Below the pieces are notes generated by a model. It made no database searches. It was not told where the DNA came from and was given only the letters and a program-made list of their open reading frames with translations. From positions 1 to 64,000 of the forward strand of contig JARQWU010000003.1 in assembly GCA_040182905.1 (NCBI GenBank): DNA of 64,000 nt, given 5' to 3'. The position numbers and the translations under genes are program-made. Below are positions 19,737-29,486 of the stretch, one piece after another; positions within the stretch are counted from its first letter, which is position 1, and each line of letters starts with the position of its first letter. The stretch comes from Barthelona sp. PAP020. Taxonomy: Eukaryota.

Positions 19737-19936
19737 TTGTCAATGATTTTTTTTGTTTTTTTTTTGTCTTTTGTCAAACCTTTAACGTTTTGATGGACTA
19801 ATTTTGATCAAAAAATGAAAAGTGAAAGAAAGTAAAAGATGAAAGTGATGATTTCAAACTGAAGCTAACCGAGTGTTTTTCCAAATAAAATATTCTGATT
19901 CTTCCTTTTTTGTCAAATCAGGGAACATTTTCATAA

Positions 19937-19952
19937 TTTCTTCTTCTTCCCC

Positions 19953-19996
<44 letters not shown>
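19937..19996. repeat. Polypyrimidine tract: (TTC)n, C15, (CT)16
   Basis: C-run 19949-19963 and CT repeat 19963-19994; about 60 nt without a purine on the + strand. Confidence 0.95.
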
Positions 19997-20368
19997 AGAC
20001 TCCCCTTCCAAATTTCTAACCTGACATGGTGAATCGAAGAACACTTGTACAATTAAAGTAGATTTAAATGTAAATCGGTGTCTAATGCTCTTTTGAGTAA
20101 TTAATAGTGCAATATTTCATATCTAGCTTGGGGAGTAGCTCTCTTTGACAGTATATGAAAAATTAGGTCGCAAAAACTGAAAGGTCCAATCAAAAACACG
20201 GACCTGTAAAAGAATAAGAATATTGTTAATAATTTATCAACTGAGAAATTCAGTCACTAATGTAATAAAGTTCTCAAAACGGTTTTAACAATAAGAAAAA
20301 TAGAAACAACTTTCTTCTGAATAAAATTTGAATAATCATCCCTGTATTGGTCTGAATTGACTAAAAAA

Positions 20369-23300
20369 TTATTCCTTGTCCACAATGTCAATGAAAACTT
20401 TTTTCAAAGCATGAATTTCGAAGGGTTTAAATACAACACCATCTGCCATTTCTTTAATCTCATCGCTGATAGTTGAAGAACCTGTGGCAAAAACAATTTT
20501 TGTGCTCAAGCCTTCCTTCTTGATGAAATGAGCGACATCTTCTCCACTAAGACCTACATCCAAACCTAGATCCAATGTAATAATATCTATAGGATTATCA
20601 ACACTTGCGGCATCTAACAAAGTATGTAATGCTTCTGAACCATTTGAATGAATGAAAATCTCAGCTTTTGGTACAATTGATTGAATATAACTGTGTAAAT
20701 ACATTTGCATTGTTTCATTATCTTCTAAAATTAAAACTCTGTGTATTTTAGACAAGTTTTCGGTTTTATCACTTTCAACTAATTCTTGAGAAACCAATTT
20801 TCCTCTGAAACTAGAATTTTGACTCTCTATTACATCTGTTGAAGACGCGTCTTGATTGGAAGATGAATCAAAAGATGTAGCAGTGTTTGAAAATGCATGG
20901 TTGGAATTAGTACCACGAAAACTCCTGTCAAACTTTATATTTGCACTGTCTTCATTATTATAAGCTATAAATAATGGTAATTTAATTTCAGCATCAACGC
21001 AAACCTGTTCAAAATCGTTTTTGATCTTAAAATTACCATTTAAGTCATTAAGTTGTTCATTCAATATGGTCAAGCCTAAGCCGTTGTGACTACTTTTTGT
21101 GGTGAAGAACGGTGATTTGCAAAATTCTAACGTTGAATCATCTAAAATGAGAAAATTGTTCTTTACTGTCACTTTTAATGAATAATTGCCTAAAGAACAC
21201 GGTGTATCATCTAATTGAATGGAAATCAGAATAGAAGGCTTGTCAGACAATTCAGTTTCTTTATTTAAAATGATACTTTCAATAGCGTTCTTTAATAAAG
21301 GTTCAACTAGAAAACTAACACTGGATGATTGTATTGTGGAAAATACAATTAACTTTTTAGTAAAATCAACATCCACACTAGCATCAAAATCACTTAAATC
21401 TTGTAAATAAAACCTGACAAAAGGATTTTCAATATTGAAAACTTCTTCTTCACAAAATAATGGACTAGGTTTCAAAGTGCTAATGTGTAAATGTGACGTG
21501 TTCACCTCAAGGTCTTTATCCAAACCCATTGGTTCTAATTCATTGTTATCATCCCTATCACTAATATTAGTTAGCAGATTATTGTTCACTTCCGCAACTG
21601 ATGATAAATCAGCTGAACTTGAATTTTCATCGAAACCATCAGTTCTATTCATGTCATTATTGACATCGAATGTACTTGTATTAACGCTATGTATCATTGA
21701 ATTTTCAGATTCATCATTATTCAATGTGTAATAATCAGGCATATCTGTACGATTATAAGAATAATCATTAGAGGGGATAGACATGTATAAATCATTGGAA
21801 CTTGACACAACATCACCATTTTTAAATTCACTTTCAAAACTAATATGCCCATTTGTTTGTGATTTTTGATATTTTTGCTGAAATTGCAATGAGTTCTTGG
21901 ATGCAACCAACAACTTAGGATCCAAATCAAACTTAACTAGGGAACTAAACTCATTTGGGAAAATCTCAGAAACTAAATCGGAAATGCTGTCAATCAATAC
22001 TCCCAAATTGAAGAAATAAATAGGACTATTCTGTTTTTCCTTTTGTCGACGCGACAATAAATTTGAACTGTAATGGGCTGTATCAACTTCCCTTTTATTG
22101 TATACATGCACCATTTGTTTATCAATTAAAGAGGATAGACCATCTATTGAAAACAAGTTATTAACAAAATGGTTATCAAAGAGAAACTTGGCAATGACTT
22201 GAAATGTGTACGATGGAATGTGAATGTTTTGAAACAAAGCGTTATTACAAATATCTTTCACAAATGTTTCAGTGATTTGAAGTGAATATTTGTTGAAATT
22301 TAAGTGTGAATTAAACAGATCAGAATTCTTAAAAAAGTCAAATATTCGACTCTCAACTGTCCTTATCTCATTCAATTTCTCCAAAAATGTTGCATTCAAC
22401 TTTTGTAATAAATATATTGAATCAACCTTATAAACAAAACTTTTAGACAATTTTGAAAAATTGTCCAAATTTTCATTGAACAAATTTTTCAACTTTGCTT
22501 CTGTATCAAAGATGATCAATTGTAATGGGCCTTTGCTAGTATGTACAACATCACTGAACTGAATTAACATTTCAATTATTGAAGGTTGATTATCGTTAAC
22601 AGATTCTCGTTCAAAACTGGCAAACATTCTAGGTTTTTTATCATAATTGCTGGCTTCTTCTTCAAAAGTTTCCAAATAATTCATGCTTAACCCATTTGAT
22701 AAGGTAGAAACTTCTCGAATTGTAAACAAAGAATCAATAACATTGTTTGCAGCAGCATCAAAATGTGCTGATCCAATAATATTTGATGAGTTAGTTCTTT
22801 GTCTTTGTAAATACTGAGAACTATCACTGTTAGATCGTGCTCGTTTATGTTGAATCCTTATATGAGGTATTTCAGAATACTCCGTAAAGCTAACTAAATT
22901 TTCCGAAAGCTCAATCTCATCATTGTCCAATAAATTCAAACTTGACATTCTTGATGCCGTTGAGGCAGTTTTTTCATGCATATCTGTAATAATTAATTCA
23001 TCACTCTTTAAACTGATGTCAGTAAATGGAACAAAGGTTTTCCCATTGTTTTCAATGGAAAATTCATCATTAGGATGGGGAAAATTGAAATGCAGGTCAT
23101 TAGAAACATTTTCATTTTCATCAAAAACAGACATTACTGTATCGTTATAAAAACGATTATTTTTATTTTCTAGCAAAGCAAAATCCATGTCAACAATTGA
23201 ACTTAGTCCGATGTCTAATTTTTTTCCAGATTCATCTTTAAACAGCTTAAAACCTTTATATCTAAACAATTGTAAAAAGAAACGATGCCAACGTTTGTAT

Positions 23301-24418
23301 AGCTTTGGATTGTAATGAATATTGAAAAAATCTCTGAAAAGACTGGCAAAAACATACTTTTCTAAGCTTGAATTGTGTGTTGCATCTATCTTATGTTCAA
23401 TATACATATCAATAAGAGTTTTAGAATAATTTTCTGTGTCCATACCTGTCAAAGGTTCAATAAGGTCAATTAAAGCTTTGGAGAAAAAGGGTGATTTGTC
23501 ATCAGAAGAATGAAAAATTAAAGAAACAGGAACCGAAAAAAGAATGACAAAAAATTGCCCACAAATGGAATCAAATTGATTCTTTAGCTTTATGTAATTA
23601 AGAATGATGAAACGTGACCCGAAAAAGACAATAAATATGCAAAAAACAATAATAATATAGAATACAACCCCTTCATAATCATAGAATCTATACAAAATTA
23701 CCTCACCATCACGAAACATTATACGTTTGTTTTTCAATTCACTCAACAAAGATTGGTATTCAGTACAATTTATCCATTCACTATAACTGGCAATAATATC
23801 CTCTTTGCTAAGCTTTTCATTAGCATTGTCAACACTATAATCAACAAATGAATCATTTGTAATTAAAGAACTATTTCTTAAGAACAAATGAAAATTACAA
23901 AATAAATCAGTTGTCTCAACTATATAATCCCATGAGAATCGTGAAGAAATTTCAAGATATTGATCAATAAACATTTGTGAAACGATAAAAGTTGTATCTT
24001 TCAAATAAGATAACATTATTTCATCAATAATACTTATATGATTCAAAGAAAATCGATCTTTATGTTGACTTAACGTTAAATTCTCAAAAAACATCGAAAT
24101 GCTTGAAAAGCATGGATCTTCATTGAAAATACTTATAAAATTTTTATTATAATTAAGTGGTGATCGAAATACAAATAATTCAGTTCTAATTATGGGACCA
24201 ATATAAACATTTTCTGCATTTTTATAATTATCACTTTCACTATCACTATTATATGGTACAATTTGAAATTCAAACTTATCTGTAATATCATATTTTTTAT
24301 GTAAAAAAGAAGAAAATGATATTCTAAAATCATTGGAGTCAATGCATTGAATTTCAATGATAAAAAATATTAACATAATTATTATCAAATTAATGCTTCT
24401 TCTTCTAATATTTAGCAT
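20369..24418 (-). CDS. Degenerate receptor-type hybrid histidine kinase (probable pseudokinase) with intact-looking REC domain
   Basis: Signal-like N-terminus; TM VVFYIIIVFCIFIVFFG; N-box PLLKNAIES; F/G2 PFFTTKSSHNGLGL; G1 degenerate (VKNNFL); REC VLILEDN...IITLDLGL...FATGS...FKPF; no recognisable His H-box. Confidence 0.8.
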   Translation of the reverse strand: MLNIRRRSINLIIIMLIFFIIEIQCIDSNDFRISFSSFLHKKYDITDKFEFQIVPYNSDSESDNYKNAENVYIGPIIRTELFVFRSPLNYNKNFISIFNEDPCFSSISMFFENLTLSQHKDRFSLNHISIIDEIMLSYLKDTTFIVSQMFIDQYLEISSRFSWDYIVETTDLFCNFHLFLRNSSLITNDSFVDYSVDNANEKLSKEDIIASYSEWINCTEYQSLLSELKNKRIMFRDGEVILYRFYDYEGVVFYIIIVFCIFIVFFGSRFIILNYIKLKNQFDSICGQFFVILFSVPVSLIFHSSDDKSPFFSKALIDLIEPLTGMDTENYSKTLIDMYIEHKIDATHNSSLEKYVFASLFRDFFNIHYNPKLYKRWHRFFLQLFRYKGFKLFKDESGKKLDIGLSSIVDMDFALLENKNNRFYNDTVMSVFDENENVSNDLHFNFPHPNDEFSIENNGKTFVPFTDISLKSDELIITDMHEKTASTASRMSSLNLLDNDEIELSENLVSFTEYSEIPHIRIQHKRARSNSDSSQYLQRQRTNSSNIIGSAHFDAAANNVIDSLFTIREVSTLSNGLSMNYLETFEEEASNYDKKPRMFASFERESVNDNQPSIIEMLIQFSDVVHTSKGPLQLIIFDTEAKLKNLFNENLDNFSKLSKSFVYKVDSIYLLQKLNATFLEKLNEIRTVESRIFDFFKNSDLFNSHLNFNKYSLQITETFVKDICNNALFQNIHIPSYTFQVIAKFLFDNHFVNNLFSIDGLSSLIDKQMVHVYNKREVDTAHYSSNLLSRRQKEKQNSPIYFFNLGVLIDSISDLVSEIFPNEFSSLVKFDLDPKLLVASKNSLQFQQKYQKSQTNGHISFESEFKNGDVVSSSNDLYMSIPSNDYSYNRTDMPDYYTLNNDESENSMIHSVNTSTFDVNNDMNRTDGFDENSSSADLSSVAEVNNNLLTNISDRDDNNELEPMGLDKDLEVNTSHLHISTLKPSPLFCEEEVFNIENPFVRFYLQDLSDFDASVDVDFTKKLIVFSTIQSSSVSFLVEPLLKNAIESIILNKETELSDKPSILISIQLDDTPCSLGNYSLKVTVKNNFLILDDSTLEFCKSPFFTTKSSHNGLGLTILNEQLNDLNGNFKIKNDFEQVCVDAEIKLPLFIAYNNEDSANIKFDRSFRGTNSNHAFSNTATSFDSSSNQDASSTDVIESQNSSFRGKLVSQELVESDKTENLSKIHRVLILEDNETMQMYLHSYIQSIVPKAEIFIHSNGSEALHTLLDAASVDNPIDIITLDLGLDVGLSGEDVAHFIKKEGLSTKIVFATGSSTISDEIKEMADGVVFKPFEIHALKKVFIDIVDKE

Positions 24419-24612
24419 CTGTTCATATTTGTTGTTTAAAACAAGGAAAAAAATAAAATTGATTTTACATCATTCTTCTCTTTTTCTTTTCTTTATTTTT
24501 AAATTACAACATTTAGAGCCAAAACAAATGTTAAATAAATAAAAAATACATCACTTTATGATATTTGAAACTATTGAAAACTAAAAATCTCTTTTTTTAC
24601 ATGGTGTTAATT

Positions 24613-26076
24613 TTATTCAGTTACTTCTTCAACATTTTCCTTCTCCTTTTTGGCTTCTTCTTCTTGTTCCTTAATCAAACGAGCATTTTCCATTTCAATT
24701 CTGGTTTTCTTATGTTCAGCAAAATTATCTAGGAATTCATCAATATTACGCCCAGTAATGGTTTCAAACATGTAAGTGATATCATTACTGACAGTTTCAA
24801 AATGACTTGTAGCATCAAGTGATTCAGTAATAAACAAATTATCAACAAACTCTTTTAAATCAGCGTTGGGTTGGAAGAATGGTGAAACTTCATGCCATAA
24901 ATAACCAACTCTTCCCAATAATCGAATACCAGGTAATAATTCATCAAGAGGATCTCCATCAGTTTCAAGTGTAGTGGAAACTGTAGCAACATAACGGCCT
25001 TTAGCACAAATTTGATGAGTACTGGACAACAAAGAAACATAAATGTCATGCTGTCTATTGATTTGCTTTTGAGGCATAATAATTTGCAATGATTCATCAT
25101 CCTTTGTATTGGGGATTGTGTGATCAAGAACACAAATGGCACGCACAGTTCTTTCAGTTTCAGTACAATATTCAGGGAAATAAGAGGGGTCACCAATAAC
25201 AATATCACAAGAACAAGTACCTTCAGGAATGGTAACGCCAGTAATTCGACCATTTTCAATTTTCCATTCTGGTTCAGAACGCAAAATAAATGTAGCACCA
25301 TAAACAGCAGCCATATGACTAAAAGATTGAGGAATATCGCCTAAACCATACAAAGGATAGACATATGGACTCTTTTTCCATCTCAACACACTCAAAATGT
25401 ATGTCTTAATACGCTTACATGTTTCAGGATAAGGATAATCTAAATAATCATCGGTACGATACAAAGCCATAGCATGACCAATATAGTCCATGGTGGAATC
25501 ATCCAACTTATAATTCTTAAAGAATTGTCTAGTTGTGGTTGTTTCAGGATTAAACTTGCCATAAGTACTGGGGTTTTCAATATCAAACTCATTAACATAA
25601 TCCATCATGTCTTTAACACGTTTCTTTTCAAAAAAACCTAACAAAGGAGATGATAACACTTCAGAAGCAGTGACGGGAACTTTTTCCAATGTTTTATCAG
25701 CATAAACATAAGAATTACCAATTTGTACTAACTTCAAATAATTAACAGCAATATCTGTTTTCCTTAACATTTCAATCAAACGTCCACGAGCTAAAACAAA
25801 TTTAGGCACAAGATCAACGTTCCAATCACGATCATGTCCAAGAGTTTTAGGATTAACATCTTTACAGTCAAAATGATCTAAAAGTTGAGTAACATTCAAA
25901 GATGCACTTTCACCACCATAATACTCATTTCGATCAATATGTAATACAGACTTTCCTGCAACAGATAACAAACAACTAAAAAAAATTAGTATATCGTTAA
26001 AGAATATATAAAATTACCTTAAAATGCATTCCTTAATACCAGTGCCTGCAATTATAACATCATAATGGTTTTCCAT
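24613..26076 (-). CDS. GDI: Rab GDP-dissociation inhibitor; exons 26076-26018 and 25975-24613
   Basis: Splicing restores [45 protein letters not shown]; also DWNVDLVPKF, SPYVYPLYGLGDIPQSF, DATSHFET. Confidence 0.96.
25976..26017 (-). other. Spliceosomal intron, 42 nt, phase 2
   Basis: GTAATTTTATATATTCTTTAACGATATACTAATTTTTTTTAG; removal restores the conserved GDI N-terminus in frame. Confidence 0.93.
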
Positions 26077-26276
26077 ATTTGATTTAATGAAAAAAAAAGT
26101 TGAGAGTTTTGGATAGAAAAAAAAAATTGTAATTTTTATCGATTTTCTGCCTTGTTTCATAAATAAATAATTGTTTACAAAGTAAAAATGTTTTTTGAAG
26201 TTGGGTATTTTTGGATTTCAAATCAACCTTTGTCATCCCAATTTTTTTTTTTTGACTTCTCAAGTAATTAAAAATA

Positions 26277-26855
26277 ATGTTTCCTCAACAAGGTTTCAAC
26301 ATGGGATATAATCCTATGCAAATGTTCCAACAACAATTTGGAAATCCTCAACAACAACAAATGATGATGCTTCAACAAAGGTTTCAACAAATTGATTTAG
26401 ATCGCAGTGGTACTATTGGTGTTGGTGAAGTTCAACAAGCCTTCAGTAGTCCTGGTCAACCTTTCAGTGTTGAAAGTTCTAAAATGCTTATTCGTATTTT
26501 CGACAAAGACAATCAAGGAGTTATTAGTTTTGATGAATTTGTTGCACTTGATCAATTTGTTACTAAAATTAGAACAGTTTATAGACAATTTGATCCTTCT
26601 GGAGCTGGAATGCAAATGAATTTACTTCCTCAAGCTCTTCAAATGATGGGTTTTCAAGTCACTCCTCAAACTTGTATGAATCTTGCTCGTGTTTATGCTA
26701 AATCTCAATTAAATCTCATTGATTACAATTCTTTTGTTGATATTTCTATTCTTTCTTGTTTAATGAGAACCTTATTTATGCGTTTTGCTCAAGGTAATGG
26801 TCAATGTGTTATGAATTATGATGATTTAATGGCTGTTGCTCTTTATCTTAAGTAA
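26277..26855 (+). CDS. Penta-EF-hand calcium-binding protein (ALG-2/peflin/sorcin-like)
   Basis: Q/M/G/P-rich N-terminus; EF loops DLDRSGTIGVGE and DKDNQGVISFDE; later degenerate EF-hands ending MNYDDLM. Confidence 0.88.
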   Translation: MFPQQGFNMGYNPMQMFQQQFGNPQQQQMMMLQQRFQQIDLDRSGTIGVGEVQQAFSSPGQPFSVESSKMLIRIFDKDNQGVISFDEFVALDQFVTKIRTVYRQFDPSGAGMQMNLLPQALQMMGFQVTPQTCMNLARVYAKSQLNLIDYNSFVDISILSCLMRTLFMRFAQGNGQCVMNYDDLMAVALYLK

Positions 26856-27029
26856 TTTTTCAATTTTTCACCATTTTGTAATAAAAACTAAAAATGTGAC
26901 ATATTTTATTTTTGGGTATAATATATGAAAGAAAAAACAAAAAGTATTTACATTACAGGGAACAAAAACTTGCAAAAAGAAGATTAAAAAAAAATTCCAT
27001 CAGAAACATCCTGAAACAATTGCCTATTT

Positions 27030-29288
27030 TTATGCATTGTTCAAACAAGTATTATTGATGTTGTTTGCTTCCAATTGCTTTTGTAATTGAACAATTATGG
27101 CATCTTTTTTCTGTAACTCTTCTATTGCTTGAGATAACTTTCTTTTCGTTACTATTGTTTCGTTGACTGCCTTTTGTACTAATTGAGCGCATTGATTTTC
27201 AACCAAATTAACCTTCTTATTCATTGCTTCTCTATATTTTTTTAAGATGGAATGATTCAATTGAATCTTTGCATTGTTCTTTGCCAATTGTTCATTGGAT
27301 TTCTGTAAATCAACAACAGTATTCTGCATAGTTGAATTGCTTTCTTCAATTCTCCTCAATTCACTTTTCAAATTTTTCACCATCTTTGTATTAACAACAG
27401 CTTTATCAATAATTGCTTCTTTTTCTTCTATTTCTGCTTGAATTTCTTCTGTCAATTGAATTAACTCTTTCTTCTTTTTGAAATTCTCTTTCATCTTTAA
27501 ATAGTGTACGTTTTCAGTAAATGGGACTAGTTCTACTTCAATTTCTTCCAAACGCTTATTAATTAAACCCATTTGTTTCTCATTGTTTGAACTTACTGCG
27601 TCTTTCATACTATTTTGTAAATGTTTCTTTTCATTACTCAAATTAACAAACTTGGGGTCATCCGTAACAATTTTTAAGAAGACTTTTGTATGTTCCATTT
27701 CGTTATCGATCGCTCTCAATTGTTTGACAAACTCTTTCTTTTGTTTCTTCAAATCATCAATTTCGTCAACTAAAACTTCAACGTTATCGAAGTTCATTAC
27801 CGTTTTTTCCATTCTTAACCTTGCTTCTTCCAAATCTCTCTCATAGTTTTCCCGCATTTCTTGCATTTCTCGGTCTTTTTCCTCCATTTCATCTCTCAAT
27901 TGAGCAGTAATCTCATTATATTTTTCTTCTTCCTCTTGATTCAATTGACCATTATCTCCTTTCTTCCTGTATTCTTCTAATTCAGCCTCCAATCTGGCAA
28001 TTCTTTCATTGTATTCTTGAATTACTTTCGTCATTCCACTCGCACCAGATTCTTTCTTATTTTTAATTGTAGAGGCACGTGCGGCATAATTTAATGTGGC
28101 AGAAGCCAAAGAAGCGGCTTCCATAATTTCACGAACCATCGCAAGCATAACAGTAGAAGCAGAACCACCAATAGAATCAGCTAAAACCGTCGTTAATTCA
28201 TGATTTCGATACTCAATTAGCTTTTTTCCTTTTGCACAAGCATCAAGTACTTGAGAAAGAAACGTTAACCCCGAATTAATTGCAGTACCTTCCTTTTGAA
28301 GAGCCATTAACTCATCAGGCTTCAAATTTGAGTTCTTAGAAACATCTTCAAATTTTTCAGAACCGGCTAAATCAACGCACTTCAATGCACTAATAATCTG
28401 TACTGGTGGGTCTTTCATCTTCTTTTTGTTGTGCCAATATTGATTGATTTCTAATATCAATACAGCATGAGATCTGGAAGAACTTTGATTTTGATCATGT
28501 GATCTAACAGCTCTTAGTTTGATACCTTGTGCGAAAAATTTCCAAACGTCATCAATATCCTTAATCTCAATCGAAATACGTTTTCTGTTATCATCCATAA
28601 CAACAACTTCTTTTCGTTTTTTGTTTGTTTTCATCGGTATCAACGCAATATTCACTCGAGGCTTCTTAGGATCCAATAAATTAAACGAACTTTTTTTGTA
28701 TATTTCAATAAAGGTCATGGTGCAAGAAACACTGAAGGAATACATTTCAACAATTTCTTCGGGAGTCAATTTATTGGGCAAGTATTTGATAACATTTTCA
28801 GCAGCAAGAAGTTCATCATTCTTACATGCTTCTAAACGATTAAACAATTCTAAAAACAATAAATTTGAAATACCTCCACCAGTAGGACGTTGACTTTCAG
28901 TACTAGCATCTTTTTGCTGCTTTTGAGATTGTTGTAACCTCCAATTCTCCCATTGCTCTTCAGTCAAGGTATCAGTATCTTCGAACATTGTATATGATTT
29001 ACCTGCACCTGTTTGACCGTAAGCAAAAACGGTTCCCGAATATCCATCCATTATACCATCAATCATTTTCTTTCCAAAAACATCATAGACATCCTTTGTT
29101 TTGGATCCAGGTACAAATACATTTGAAAATGATTTGGTATTTTCACTTAGATTTCCATTTTCTTTTTCATATGTACAAGTAATTTGGTTACCATCTATTT
29201 CTAAACATGATTCTTGTAAATCCTTTTCAGGTTTAATTCGTATGAAAACCTGAATGTTATCATCACTTCCATCTTTTTCACCGGGCAT
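27030..29288 (-). CDS. Kinesin motor protein (N-terminal motor plus coiled coil; subfamily unassigned)
   Basis: NIQVFIRIKP, P-loop AYGQTGAGKSYTM, switch I NQSSSRSH, switch II VDLAGSE, LADSIGG. Confidence 0.93.
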   Translation of the reverse strand: MPGEKDGSDDNIQVFIRIKPEKDLQESCLEIDGNQITCTYEKENGNLSENTKSFSNVFVPGSKTKDVYDVFGKKMIDGIMDGYSGTVFAYGQTGAGKSYTMFEDTDTLTEEQWENWRLQQSQKQQKDASTESQRPTGGGISNLLFLELFNRLEACKNDELLAAENVIKYLPNKLTPEEIVEMYSFSVSCTMTFIEIYKKSSFNLLDPKKPRVNIALIPMKTNKKRKEVVVMDDNRKRISIEIKDIDDVWKFFAQGIKLRAVRSHDQNQSSSRSHAVLILEINQYWHNKKKMKDPPVQIISALKCVDLAGSEKFEDVSKNSNLKPDELMALQKEGTAINSGLTFLSQVLDACAKGKKLIEYRNHELTTVLADSIGGSASTVMLAMVREIMEAASLASATLNYAARASTIKNKKESGASGMTKVIQEYNERIARLEAELEEYRKKGDNGQLNQEEEEKYNEITAQLRDEMEEKDREMQEMRENYERDLEEARLRMEKTVMNFDNVEVLVDEIDDLKKQKKEFVKQLRAIDNEMEHTKVFLKIVTDDPKFVNLSNEKKHLQNSMKDAVSSNNEKQMGLINKRLEEIEVELVPFTENVHYLKMKENFKKKKELIQLTEEIQAEIEEKEAIIDKAVVNTKMVKNLKSELRRIEESNSTMQNTVVDLQKSNEQLAKNNAKIQLNHSILKKYREAMNKKVNLVENQCAQLVQKAVNETIVTKRKLSQAIEELQKKDAIIVQLQKQLEANNINNTCLNNA

Positions 29289-29486
29289 TATAAATTATAT
29301 AATCGTATCAATAAACCAACACGAAAAAAACAATGAAAAAAAAAAAAATTATTTATAAACACACATTCTTTGTTATTTATAAAACACTTCTTATTTAAAT
29401 AAAGTTGTATGAATTCAAATTATCTTCATTAGTAAATATATCAAATAAATAACTGTAAATAATTGAAAAATAATCAATTAAAAAAT

